The translations under genes were made by a program, and so were the position numbers. A stretch of DNA of 64,000 nt from Muribaculaceae bacterium (GTDB taxonomy: Bacteria > Bacteroidota > Bacteroidia > Bacteroidales > Muribaculaceae): positions 6,982 to 70,981 of the forward strand of contig JAFQSX010000008.1 of the NCBI GenBank assembly GCA_017409345.1, given 5' to 3'. The notes under the pieces are model-generated. The model was not told the DNA's origin and did not search any database. It saw only the letters and a list, made by a program, of their open reading frames with translations. This document shows, piece by piece, positions 10,399 through 18,448 of the stretch (within the stretch, counting starts at the first letter, position 1; each line of letters opens with the position of its first letter).

Positions 10399-10857
10399 TT
10401 AATCTATTTGAGCATCTTTATTGCTTACCGAATGACCGCAATAATGACAACGGATAGTTACGTTTTCACGATCCACGACCTCAAATCGGGTTTTCATTGG
10501 CTCATTATTGGTAATACACTTGGGATTACCACATTTCACAATACCCACAATCGTGTCGGGCAACTGTACCGGATGCTTCTCTACTACTTCAAAGTCACGA
10601 ATAATATTTACCACAGCCGTAGGAGCAATCAGAGCAATACGATTAAGGATTGCTTCGGGAAACTCAACATCAGCAACTTTTATTATACCTTTTGTGCCAA
10701 GTTTTTTACTATTTAGATTGTTCCCAATAGTAACATGAGTATTAAGTTTTTCTATTCCCAAAATCTTCACAGCATCAAACAATACCGAAGCGGGAATATG
10801 GTCAATAACGGTGCCGTTTTGCAATGCAGCAACAGCGAGTTCTTTTTTACCTGTCAT
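10399..10857 (-). CDS. pyrI: aspartate carbamoyltransferase regulatory subunit
   Basis: 152 aa with NGTVIDHI and a C-terminal Zn site (CGNPKCITN...CHYCGH). It overlaps pyrB by 4 nt. Confidence 0.92.
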   Translation of the reverse strand: MTGKKELAVAALQNGTVIDHIPASVLFDAVKILGIEKLNTHVTIGNNLNSKKLGTKGIIKVADVEFPEAILNRIALIAPTAVVNIIRDFEVVEKHPVQLPDTIVGIVKCGNPKCITNNEPMKTRFEVVDRENVTIRCHYCGHSVSNKDAQID

Positions 10858-11786
10858 GATTTTTGTACCTCCTTAATATCAATGTTTAATGCTCTACAGA
10901 TTATTGCTTGACGTGCATACAATCCGTTTTGTGCTTGTTGGAAATAATATGCTTTTGGATTGTCATCCACATCTTGGTCTATTTCATTTACACGAGGTAG
11001 TGGATGTAATATGCGAAGATTGTCTTTTGAATTATCAAGCATTGCGTTATGGAGATTATAAAGGTTTTTCACCTTTTCATATTCCATAATATCGGTAAAT
11101 CGTTCACGTTGCACACGTGTCATGTAGATTATATCTGATGAATTGATTACTTCTTCAGAAAAATCTTTATGTTCGGTATATTTTATACCTTTTTGGTCGC
11201 AAAACTCTTTATACTCGATAGGCATTTTCAATTCATCACACGCCACGAAATTAAATGTGGGGTTGAAATATTGCATAGCCATCAACAATGAATGCACTGT
11301 GCGACCATATTTGAGGTCTCCCACCATTGTGATTGTGAGATTTTCGAGCGTGCCTTGTGTTTTGTAAATAGAATATAGGTCAAGCATCGTTTGCGATGGA
11401 TGTTGATGAGCTCCATCACCGGCATTAATGATTGGAGTATCAGTTACCTCGGTTGCATAACGGGCAGCACCTTCAAGATAATGACGCATCACTATGAGGT
11501 CAACATAATTGCTCACCATCTTAATTGTGTCTTTGAGTGTCTCTCCTTTTGATGAACTTGTAGTGCTGGCATCAGAGAAACCGATAACACGACCACCCAA
11601 GCGGTTTACTGCTGTTTCAAAACTCAATCTCGTGCGGGTTGATGGCTCAAAAAACAAAGTTGCCACCACTTTACCGTCAAGAATTTTGTGATTAGGATTC
11701 TCCTCGAAATAACGTGCATTCTCAAGGAGGTGCAATATCTCCTCTTTTGAGATATCGGAGATTGACACGAGGCTATTGCTATTCAT
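10854..11786 (-). CDS. pyrB: aspartate carbamoyltransferase catalytic subunit
   Basis: 310 aa with [13 protein letters not shown], the HQHPSQ variant of HPTQ, and LHPLPR. Confidence 0.95.
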   Translation of the reverse strand: MNSNSLVSISDISKEEILHLLENARYFEENPNHKILDGKVVATLFFEPSTRTRLSFETAVNRLGGRVIGFSDASTTSSSKGETLKDTIKMVSNYVDLIVMRHYLEGAARYATEVTDTPIINAGDGAHQHPSQTMLDLYSIYKTQGTLENLTITMVGDLKYGRTVHSLLMAMQYFNPTFNFVACDELKMPIEYKEFCDQKGIKYTEHKDFSEEVINSSDIIYMTRVQRERFTDIMEYEKVKNLYNLHNAMLDNSKDNLRILHPLPRVNEIDQDVDDNPKAYYFQQAQNGLYARQAIICRALNIDIKEVQKS

Positions 11787-11824
11787 TGCACAATGTTGTT
11801 TTTGAGTTATAACTTATATAACTA

Positions 11825-11832
11825 CAAAGTTA
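11825..11832 (-). promoter_or_regulatory. -7 promoter motif TAACTTTG (minus strand)
   Basis: TAnnTTTG about 40 nt upstream of the pyrB start. Confidence 0.4.
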
Positions 11833-11909
11833 ATGCAATATCTCGCCACTCGCAAATTATTACCTCACATTTTTCGCAGAAGTTTTTAACAACATTTATT
11901 TCATCAGCA

Positions 11910-12173
11910 TCAATATAATTGAGTATTGAGCCAACGAGTACCTAAGTCGCCAAGGTTCAAACCCTCTAATGTTACCAATTCTTTACCACCATAACGATAG
12001 GATTGCGATGAGGCATTGAATCCCTCTCCCATCAAGGAGCCGTAAGGGTAATAATGGTTTATTTGTTGAACAACTCCGTTTTGATTCAATACTACACTAT
12101 TATTCCCCTGATAGTCTTTCAAGTAATAATATCGCATGCTTCCCGATATATATCCTGCCGAAGTAGTTATCAT
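11910..12173 (-). pseudogene. Rhs/YD-repeat core-tip fragment (remnant C), truncated with no toxin domain
   Basis: 87-aa ORF (YYLKDYQGNNSVVLNQNGVVQQINHYYPYGSLMGEGFNASSQSYRYGGKELVT...GTRW). It stops about 10 aa after the DxGxRW(Y/F)D position of Rhs cores. There is no shell and no DPxGL motif. Confidence 0.7.
11965..12092 (-). repeat. Rhs-tip homology block, copy C
   Basis: Hand alignment. Coordinates 11989..12092 versus 12852..12955 show 5 mismatches in 104 nt. Coordinates 11965..12041 versus 14922..14998 show 7 mismatches in 77 nt. Confidence 0.85.
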
Positions 12174-12216
12174 ACCTATATTTACATTTATCTAATTATT
12201 AAAGCATTGTAAGCAA

Positions 12217-12639
12217 TCATAATATAGAAATCAAAGCTCCTATCAACGTAAAGCCAAACATCCAACCTAAAACAGACAGATACCATATAATAACTCTTTT
12301 TTCTCGAAACCGTTTCATTATCTCAATATATCTTCCTTCATCAAAATATATTTTCTCAACGCCAAAATAACATATAGCAAAAAACACAACATAAGATATA
12401 ATCAATGGTACATTCTCATGAAAATCCATTGAATTAAACAAATCTAATTTCCACAAAACCAACATAATGTTTCCAAAAATAGGAATCAGTATTGTAACTA
12501 CAAAAGCTCCTACTGCATAATCTTCTTCTTTACCTCTAAAATTTCTACTTGCATTTGCAATTTTGTACCAACAATAAAAAAGATAATCTATTAATCTAAT
12601 AATAAAACATCCTATCACTCGAAAAAAATCAAATTTCAT
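12217..12639 (-). CDS. multi-TM putative immunity protein (paralogue of 12992..13438)
   Basis: 140 aa with about 4 hydrophobic segments. The N-terminus (MKFDFFRVIGCFIIRLIDYLFYCWYKIANASRNFRGKEED) is closely similar to the 148-aa neighbour. Its ATG lies 5 nt after the stop of the hydrophobic toxin-tail remnant. Confidence 0.6.
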   Translation of the reverse strand: MKFDFFRVIGCFIIRLIDYLFYCWYKIANASRNFRGKEEDYAVGAFVVTILIPIFGNIMLVLWKLDLFNSMDFHENVPLIISYVVFFAICYFGVEKIYFDEGRYIEIMKRFREKRVIIWYLSVLGWMFGFTLIGALISIL

Positions 12640-12644
12640 AATTT

Positions 12645-12979
12645 TTAAAAATCTATATTGTTATAAATATATTCATCTCCCCAATATGCATCAAAAACAG
12701 ATATCCCAATAGATAAAAATGGACCAGCATACGGAACTCCTGCTACAATTATGGTTGTCGCGGCTACTCCAGCTCGAACAAATCCTCTAACATACTTTTC
12801 TTGAGTATAATCTTGATATACCTGAAATCCAGATATACCAATTCCTCCCCTCCATAACGATAGGGTTGCGATGAGGCATTGAATCCCTCTCCCATCAAGG
12901 AGCCGTAGGGGTAATAATGATTAATCTGTTGAACAACTCCGTTTTGATTCAATACAACGCAATTATGCTTACTTGGCAT
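12645..12979 (-). pseudogene. Rhs-tip fragment (remnant B) joined out of frame to a short Gly/Ala-rich hydrophobic toxin tail
   Basis: ORF 12764..12979 encodes VVLNQNGVVQQINHYYPYGSLMGEGFNASSQPYRYGG and then loses similarity. The +1 frame from about 12850 reads GIGISGFQVYQDYTQEKYVRGFVRAGVAATTIIVAGVPYAGPFLSIGISVFDAYWGDEYIYNNIDF, with a stop at 12647..12645. My own translation. Confidence 0.6.
12852..12955 (-). repeat. Rhs-tip homology block, copy B
   Basis: 104 nt at about 95% identity to 11989..12092 by hand alignment. Confidence 0.85.
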
Positions 12980-12991
12980 ATAACAAAATCG

Positions 12992-13438
12992 TCAGAAAAA
13001 CATTACAATCATAAATCCCAATCCAAATGAGCAAATAGACCACCCAAACTCATGTAAAAACATAACCAAAATTCGCTTTTCTTTAAATATTTCCAAGACC
13101 TCTGTTAATCTTTCTTTTTCAACATATATATTATCTACGATATAGTATACAACAATAGAAAAAACTACCGAAAATATTAACAATACATCATCTTCCGTTA
13201 TATTCAAATTACCTATAGTTATATTCAAATTACCTATAATCCCTAATTTGCAGAAAATAATCTGCAAATTAATAATATGTGGAAGTATAATTGTTGCACA
13301 AAAATATACAACCGACATATTTTCCTCTTGACCTCTAAAATTTCCACTCGCTTTTGTACTTTTATAAACGCAATAAAAAAGATAGTCAAATATTCTGACA
13401 ATACAAGCTCCAACAAAACGAATGCAATCCAATATCAT
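12992..13438 (-). CDS. multi-TM putative immunity protein (paralogue of 12217..12639)
   Basis: 148 aa. The N-terminus (MILDCIRFVGACIVRIFDYLFYCVYKSTKASGNFRGQEEN) parallels the 140-aa protein. It contains an internal duplication, NLNITIGNLNIT. Confidence 0.55.
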   Translation of the reverse strand: MILDCIRFVGACIVRIFDYLFYCVYKSTKASGNFRGQEENMSVVYFCATIILPHIINLQIIFCKLGIIGNLNITIGNLNITEDDVLLIFSVVFSIVVYYIVDNIYVEKERLTEVLEIFKEKRILVMFLHEFGWSICSFGLGFMIVMFF

Positions 13439-13478
13439 AAACTAAAAATCTATATTATTATAAATAATCAGGAAATCG

Positions 13479-14165
13479 TCATTTCTTTAATCGATTCTTA
13501 TAATATATTATTGGCAAACCGATTATTATAAGTATCAGCAATGGAATCACAATGGTCAAATGTGGCTTATGCAACACGGCAAACCATATGTTTCGTTGTC
13601 TATACCACGTTTTTGCATCAACTTCATGTTTCATTGTTGCTATATCATAAAATTTTGTATCGTTCTTAAAAATAATTGAATCCCCAAACAACGCATCTTC
13701 AATCGCATGAATTATCGCTTTATACCCCTCATAATCAACCCCATAATCTGTTATGTAATAACATGAATCTAGTTGTAACTCATGTTTTGATTTAAAACGT
13801 TCCCCAAAAGAAAAATTACATATCATCAATACCGAATCAGAAAATACATTTACATCAAATTTCAAATCAGATTCAGATAGCAAAATCCGGTTTTTATATC
13901 TTACAATAGATTTCCCCGAGGTATCAATTTGGGATACTACAAATTTATGCCTGCTAGTATTTGTCAGATTTCTATATTTTATATATTGTTGAATTTCATC
14001 TCCATCTTTATTAGGGACAACATATCTTGGATGATATCTTGTATCAGGGCCAAACGCACACACTAAAAACCAAAATGCATTAAATGCCAAAATTAATAAT
14101 ATACACAACAAAATATATAATATATATTTATTAAAATCGCATTTTCTCATAATATAATATTTCAT
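13479..14165 (-). CDS. putative cognate immunity protein with N- and C-terminal TM anchors
   Basis: The track ORF 13479..14252 overlaps the toxin gene. The in-frame ATG at 14165 (MKYYIMRKCDF...) shares one base with the toxin stop codon (TAATG), suggesting translational coupling. The product is 228 aa with hydrophobic segments at both ends. No family recognised. Confidence 0.55.
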   Translation of the reverse strand: MKYYIMRKCDFNKYILYILLCILLILAFNAFWFLVCAFGPDTRYHPRYVVPNKDGDEIQQYIKYRNLTNTSRHKFVVSQIDTSGKSIVRYKNRILLSESDLKFDVNVFSDSVLMICNFSFGERFKSKHELQLDSCYYITDYGVDYEGYKAIIHAIEDALFGDSIIFKNDTKFYDIATMKHEVDAKTWYRQRNIWFAVLHKPHLTIVIPLLILIIIGLPIIYYKNRLKK

Positions 14166-15049
14166 TACTTCAACCAATAATATAACATAGATATAGGGTT
14201 CAGTCTCAGCAGATAAACATTTGAAAATAACATCGACGCCCCTATTTTCCATGCAGTACCTTTCAATGAGGGGTATTCAAAATTTGATTTAAGCCTATCT
14301 GCTAATTTTAAATCAGCAACAATCGTTTTATAGTTTAATAATGCATCTGAAGCACCTACAGCACCATGTTTATCATATTCTCGGTCATGTAGGAATGTTG
14401 CATAATCTGTTTTATTTATTGGTGGTGACGCATAGGAATATCCTCCATCTATACATTTTGGATTAGAATTTCCCAAATAACTTCCATAAAAATTATTATT
14501 AATTGTGTTAATATCCGTATAGAGAGTAGATCCAATAATTATTTCATCATTATCATATTCTGTGTTCTGAAATTCTGCATTTACCATATATGCCCCATCA
14601 GAAAGTAATTCTATTGTTAATCCTGGGCTCACAACAAGAGCAAGCTCTCCAATGTATGAAATTCCAGTAGCATCTTCTGAATAGTATTTTTTTACGTCTT
14701 CAGCCGATTTAACTCGTTCATCATAAAAATAAAAAGTATGATTTTCATAAATCGCAGAAATCCAATTCATCCCACTTGGGTCAATATATTTAATTGGGTT
14801 GCCGGCACAATAGATATATGGAGAATATTGAGTGAATTGTTCACACAATGGATCCATTGTGGTAAATGTGCCACTGGGGGAATCAAACCAACGGGCTCCA
14901 AAGTCGCTAAGATTTAAGTTTTCTAATGTTACCAATTCCTTGCCACCATAACGATAGGGTTGCGATGAGGCATTGTATCCCTCGCCCATCATTGAGCCAA
15001 CAACAATGACACAAAATAAGATAACCATCTTTAATCTTGTTGTTTTCAT
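14165..15049 (-). CDS. Rhs core-tip plus C-terminal toxin domain, preceded by a signal-peptide-like N-terminus
   Basis: 294 aa. MKTTRLKMVILFCVIVVG is fused to SMMGEGYNASSQPYRYGGKELVTLENLNLSDFGARWFDS...NPIKYIDPSGM, which is the Rhs-associated core end with a DPxGL-type motif. A 200-aa variable domain follows. Confidence 0.75.
   Translation of the reverse strand: MKTTRLKMVILFCVIVVGSMMGEGYNASSQPYRYGGKELVTLENLNLSDFGARWFDSPSGTFTTMDPLCEQFTQYSPYIYCAGNPIKYIDPSGMNWISAIYENHTFYFYDERVKSAEDVKKYYSEDATGISYIGELALVVSPGLTIELLSDGAYMVNAEFQNTEYDNDEIIIGSTLYTDINTINNNFYGSYLGNSNPKCIDGGYSYASPPINKTDYATFLHDREYDKHGAVGASDALLNYKTIVADLKLADRLKSNFEYPSLKGTAWKIGASMLFSNVYLLRLNPISMLYYWLK
14922..14998 (-). repeat. Rhs-tip homology block, copy A
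   Basis: 77 nt at about 91% identity to 11965..12041 by hand alignment. Confidence 0.8.
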
Positions 15050-15147
15050 GGTGTATTCTATTTATGAATTATAATAATTGCAAATATCCTTAATTCAATT
15101 GACATTTGCAATTATTACATTTTCATTTTTATATTTTTAACCGAGCC

Positions 15148-15720
15148 CTATTCTTCGCCTAATTCTTCAGCGAGGGTTTGACGCATTTGACGAATAAGTT
15201 GGCGTGTGTTACGTTCATAGATTCCTCCACATATCGCACCAACAACCAATCCCACCCATGCACCATAGATTATTTCGTCGCGACCTACTTCATAGAAGGC
15301 ATAAAAGAGAATCACCAACAATGGCATAGCCAATACCCAACCAAGTATTTTCATTCTTCGGCGAACAATATCTACATTTGTCGCTGCCGTCAAAGCCTCT
15401 TTTATGGTCATTGTCGAAAGGTCAATGTTGCGAATAAGATAGTAAACATATCCGTTTGCTACGGCTGTTATCATAAAAAACAAGGCATAACACACATTTG
15501 CCACCCAACCTACATAAAACACATTATCCAATAGCAAAAGCCACACCGGGCTAATGATACACACTATTATCATCATACAATAACGAGTCAACAATCTACC
15601 ACGCAAACCGGCTACACGATTGCTACTTATACTCGACATCAAGCGATGATTCTCCTCTTCGAGTTTTTCGATGCGCAATTCCATTGATTGCCATTGTTTT
15701 TTCAATTCGTCAATATCCAT
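15148..15720 (-). CDS. membrane protein downstream of the ECF sigma factor (possible anti-sigma partner)
   Basis: 190 aa. An N-terminal cytoplasmic coiled coil (MDIDELKKQWQSMELRIEKLEEEN) is followed by about 4 TM segments. The gene starts 10 nt after the sigma gene. Confidence 0.5.
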   Translation of the reverse strand: MDIDELKKQWQSMELRIEKLEEENHRLMSSISSNRVAGLRGRLLTRYCMMIIVCIISPVWLLLLDNVFYVGWVANVCYALFFMITAVANGYVYYLIRNIDLSTMTIKEALTAATNVDIVRRRMKILGWVLAMPLLVILFYAFYEVGRDEIIYGAWVGLVVGAICGGIYERNTRQLIRQMRQTLAEELGEE

Positions 15721-15730
15721 ATTGTGTATC

Positions 15731-16222
15731 CTATTCTTCGCTAAAGTGTTGTAATTTAATTTTTATTCTACGCAATCGTGATGCCACGTTGTTGCGACTC
15801 AATCCGGTAATTTCCGATATTTCATCATAAGATTTTTCATCAAGCCACAAGAGGATTATCGCCTTCTCCATGCGATCGAGGCGACTTATTAACCTATACA
15901 TTTCTTTTATCTGTTGCAAGCGAGTGCCATCATCATTATCCACTACCGACACTCCTTCAAGCGACAGCATCTCGTCGTGTTTATGATTTCTTCGGTAGTA
16001 GGTAACACACGTATTGATACTGGTGCGATAAATCCATGTTGACAATTGCGCATCGCCACGAAAACGGTCGATACCTCTCCATAGATTTATCAATACCTCT
16101 TGATATAAATCTTTGAAATGATCATCATCGGAAGCGTACATATAGCACACCTTATATATCACCTGACGATTACTTTCGATAATCGCAATGAATTGCTGCT
16201 CTTTTTCCGATTTATGACTCAT
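15731..16222 (-). CDS. RNA polymerase sigma-70 family ECF sigma factor
   Basis: 163 aa. Region 2 (YQEVLINLWRGIDRFRGDAQLSTWIYRTSINT) and a region 4 HTH (SYDEISEITGLSRNNVASRLRRIK) are both present. Confidence 0.85.
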   Translation of the reverse strand: MSHKSEKEQQFIAIIESNRQVIYKVCYMYASDDDHFKDLYQEVLINLWRGIDRFRGDAQLSTWIYRTSINTCVTYYRRNHKHDEMLSLEGVSVVDNDDGTRLQQIKEMYRLISRLDRMEKAIILLWLDEKSYDEISEITGLSRNNVASRLRRIKIKLQHFSEE

Positions 16223-16292
16223 TATAATTCTTTAATATGTCCGTTAGACGCATTAATTTCACTTTAGTTGCACCACTATCAAAGAAAAATTA

Positions 16293-16300
16293 TAATTTTG
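16293..16300 (+). promoter_or_regulatory. -7 promoter motif TAATTTTG
   Basis: TAnnTTTG about 43 nt upstream of the 16343 start. Confidence 0.4.
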
Positions 16301-16342
16301 CCTCAAATTTAATAGAATTTTCATCTCAACCGCCACCTATTT

Positions 16343-16984
16343 ATGGACAAAATAAAGGATTTACTTAAAAATTGCACTACTATTGATGAAATGCTCGACC
16401 GTGGAGAGGTAGAAGATGCCGTAAGATTTTCGGGTGAATTGCTTGCCAACGCCGACTCACTATGGACTGTTGCCCACAATGATAAAGCAACAACGATTGA
16501 TGAAATTTCGGCACTTGCTATTCTTGCCGCATATCATTGCGATGCATTAGCAATGATGAGTAATGTTAATGATGCATACGCCACTGCCGTTACAGCACTT
16601 TTTCAAATGGCTATTGATGGCAACGAATCGTTATCACTCGACCAATCAGCCATGCAACTATATATCACTGCGATTTTTGCTTTGATGCAAATCATCAATC
16701 AACAATTTGCCAACGCCGACGATGTTGCTCGCGAACATATTAATGAAATCATGCGTTATTTGGCTTCAATGCTTTATTACTATTATAACAAAGTGGGCAA
16801 ATCTCGTCCCGATTTCCCCCATTTACATATTGCCTATCAAATACTCTCTCAATTACGCAACGATGTAGAGATACAATCACCCACTATCAAAGTTCTTGAC
16901 GAAGAGGTCAACCCCTCTTCCCCACTCTCACTCTTCAGTGACTTGGTGGGTCGCTCGCATGCAATGGGATTAATTACTGATTAA
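16343..16984 (+). CDS. hypothetical acidic all-helical protein
   Basis: 213-aa ORF with its own promoter motif and terminator. No family recognised. Confidence 0.5.
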   Translation: MDKIKDLLKNCTTIDEMLDRGEVEDAVRFSGELLANADSLWTVAHNDKATTIDEISALAILAAYHCDALAMMSNVNDAYATAVTALFQMAIDGNESLSLDQSAMQLYITAIFALMQIINQQFANADDVAREHINEIMRYLASMLYYYYNKVGKSRPDFPHLHIAYQILSQLRNDVEIQSPTIKVLDEEVNPSSPLSLFSDLVGRSHAMGLITD

Positions 16985-17009
16985 TAGATACTCCGAGTTT
17001 ATGAAAACA

Positions 17010-17038
17010 AAGCGACTGCTATTTTGTAGCAGTCGCTT
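17010..17038. terminator. bidirectional terminator hairpin
   Basis: aagcgactgcta / tagcagtcgctt form a perfect 12-bp stem between convergent genes. Confidence 0.6.
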
Positions 17039-17065
17039 ATATTTTATCTAATTCTATTTTCTTAA

Positions 17066-17677
17066 TTAGAATAAGTAAGCAGCAGTGATAGTCCAACAGT
17101 TTGATTTACCTTCAATCTCTGACAAACCTGCGCCTATTTCAGTTCCAGCATATTTATCTGCTAGTTTAAATGTATTAGTCAATCCCCAACCATAACTTGC
17201 GCCAATTTGAAGATGGCTAAACAATTCAACACCAATACCAAGATTCCAATCAACATCAACTGTTTGATGTTCCCAAGCATCTACTATTGCATCTTTATTT
17301 GCCAAGAATGCGAAACTTGGACCTGTAAAGATATATGGTTTTACGATTTTAGCAACAACAGGAATATTGATTTTCCATTTCAAGTTGATGGGAATATCAA
17401 TGAAACTCAAATTTTTATCAGCCAAAGCCGATTTACGATTAGCATACATCAATGATGCATCAACACCAAGTCCCAATACCGGTAGAGTAAAATCTGCCAT
17501 AACCCCAACTGTCCACCCAGTGTGATTATCATAAGCGTCTTCAAGAATGTTTTTATCAAAACTCATATCTTCCACATTAATACCGGCTTTCACACCAAAT
17601 GCAAATTGTGCCGAAGCAGGAACTGCGATTGCAACACATGCAATAACAACAGCAACGATTCTTTTAATTGATTTCAT
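17066..17677 (-). CDS. outer-membrane beta-barrel (porin-family) protein
   Basis: 203 aa with a signal peptide (...VPASAQ), alternating beta-strand pattern and a terminal aromatic residue (AAYLF). Confidence 0.7.
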   Translation of the reverse strand: MKSIKRIVAVVIACVAIAVPASAQFAFGVKAGINVEDMSFDKNILEDAYDNHTGWTVGVMADFTLPVLGLGVDASLMYANRKSALADKNLSFIDIPINLKWKINIPVVAKIVKPYIFTGPSFAFLANKDAIVDAWEHQTVDVDWNLGIGVELFSHLQIGASYGWGLTNTFKLADKYAGTEIGAGLSEIEGKSNCWTITAAYLF

Positions 17678-17805
17678 AAAACTGTATTTTTTATTAATAA
17701 TTAGTATGTTTTACTGCAAAGTTAATACTTTCATCCACAAATTTACTATTTCAACAATAAAAATTTTATTCTGCGACATTTTTTTATTAATTCTTATTCA
17801 TTTAC

Positions 17806-17813
17806 TACCTTTG
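17806..17813 (+). promoter_or_regulatory. -7 promoter motif TACCTTTG
   Basis: It lies 22 nt upstream of the ATG at 17835. This supports the short start rather than the track start at 17547, which is antisense to the porin gene. Confidence 0.4.
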
Positions 17814-17834
17814 TGGGAATTAAAATGCATAATA

Positions 17835-18188
17835 ATGACAATTGACTCAATAACAATAACTTTTTCGGTTGAGAATACAGCCCGAGCCGATGTAATGCTC
17901 ACTAATTCACGCGTTTATTATCGTTTTGCGACTATTGACACTTGCGAGGAAGGCGAAATGCCGTGCGAAAATGGAAATGAAATCATAAGCAAAATAACAC
18001 AATCACTAAACACTACCGACAACGAACTGATGCCTCAAGATGTAAAATGTTTGGTTATAATCACTAATAACGACAACTCTAAAATAGAATATAAAAACGA
18101 CACAATTACTCTTGATACATATAATTCTTTAATCAACATTTTATCTCGTATTGGAGATGAATTTATGTTTATACGAGGCTTTAAATAA
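17835..18188 (+). CDS. hypothetical protein
   Basis: 117 aa from the internal ATG (MTIDSITITFSVEN...). No family recognised. Confidence 0.45.
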   Translation: MTIDSITITFSVENTARADVMLTNSRVYYRFATIDTCEEGEMPCENGNEIISKITQSLNTTDNELMPQDVKCLVIITNNDNSKIEYKNDTITLDTYNSLINILSRIGDEFMFIRGFK

Positions 18189-18239
18189 ATTTTATCTCGC
18201 TTTTGTGGCAAAATATTTGGCAGAATAAAACAAAACCAC

Positions 18240-18247
18240 TATCTTTG
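18240..18247 (+). promoter_or_regulatory. -7 promoter motif TATCTTTG upstream of the tRNA
   Basis: TAnnTTTG 23 nt upstream of tRNA position 1. Confidence 0.45.
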
Positions 18248-18269
18248 CACTCGCAAAACCGAAAATCAT

Positions 18270-18343
18270 GGCGGGATAGCTCAGTTGGTTAGAGCGTCGG
18301 ATTCATAACCCGGAGGTCACGAGTTCAATTCTCGTTCCCGCTA
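18270..18343 (+). tRNA. tRNA with anticodon CAT (elongator tRNA-Met type; lysidine-modified tRNA-Ile2 not excluded)
   Basis: The cloverleaf was folded by hand. The acceptor GGCGGGA pairs with TCCCGCT, with a G1-U72 wobble. The D-arm is TAGCTCAGTTGGTTAGAGC. The anticodon loop is TTCATAA, with CAT at 18304..18306. The T-arm is ACGAG-TTCAATT-CTCGT. The discriminator is A. CCA is not encoded. Confidence 0.9.
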
Positions 18344-18348
18344 CTCAA

Positions 18349-18385
18349 AAGACGATCAAACATTGTTTGGTCGTCTTCTTTTTTA
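18349..18385 (+). terminator. rho-independent terminator after the tRNA
   Basis: aagacgatcaaac / gtttggtcgtctt form a 13-bp stem with one G-U pair, followed by cttttttt. Confidence 0.7.
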
Positions 18386-18448
18386 CCCATGTTAATTTGC
18401 AAATATCCCTAATTATTTATTACTTTGCAATAAAGCGATAAGTTAATC

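Noticed and set aside
121-10457. Numerous 60-150-aa ORFs antisense to or out of frame within ackA, the Na/Pi transporter, the AGCS symporter, glyA, the flavin reductase and pyrI. Examples are 121..345(-), 395..667, 762..1070(-), 5398..5790(-), 8539..8856 and 9996..10457.
   Set aside because: Each is fully nested in a longer ORF with clear family motifs. None has independent signals.
17547-17834. N-terminal extension of track ORF 17547..18188.
   Set aside because: The first 96 codons are antisense to the porin gene and then cross AT-rich intergenic DNA. A promoter motif at 17806 and the ATG at 17835 define a more plausible 117-aa gene.
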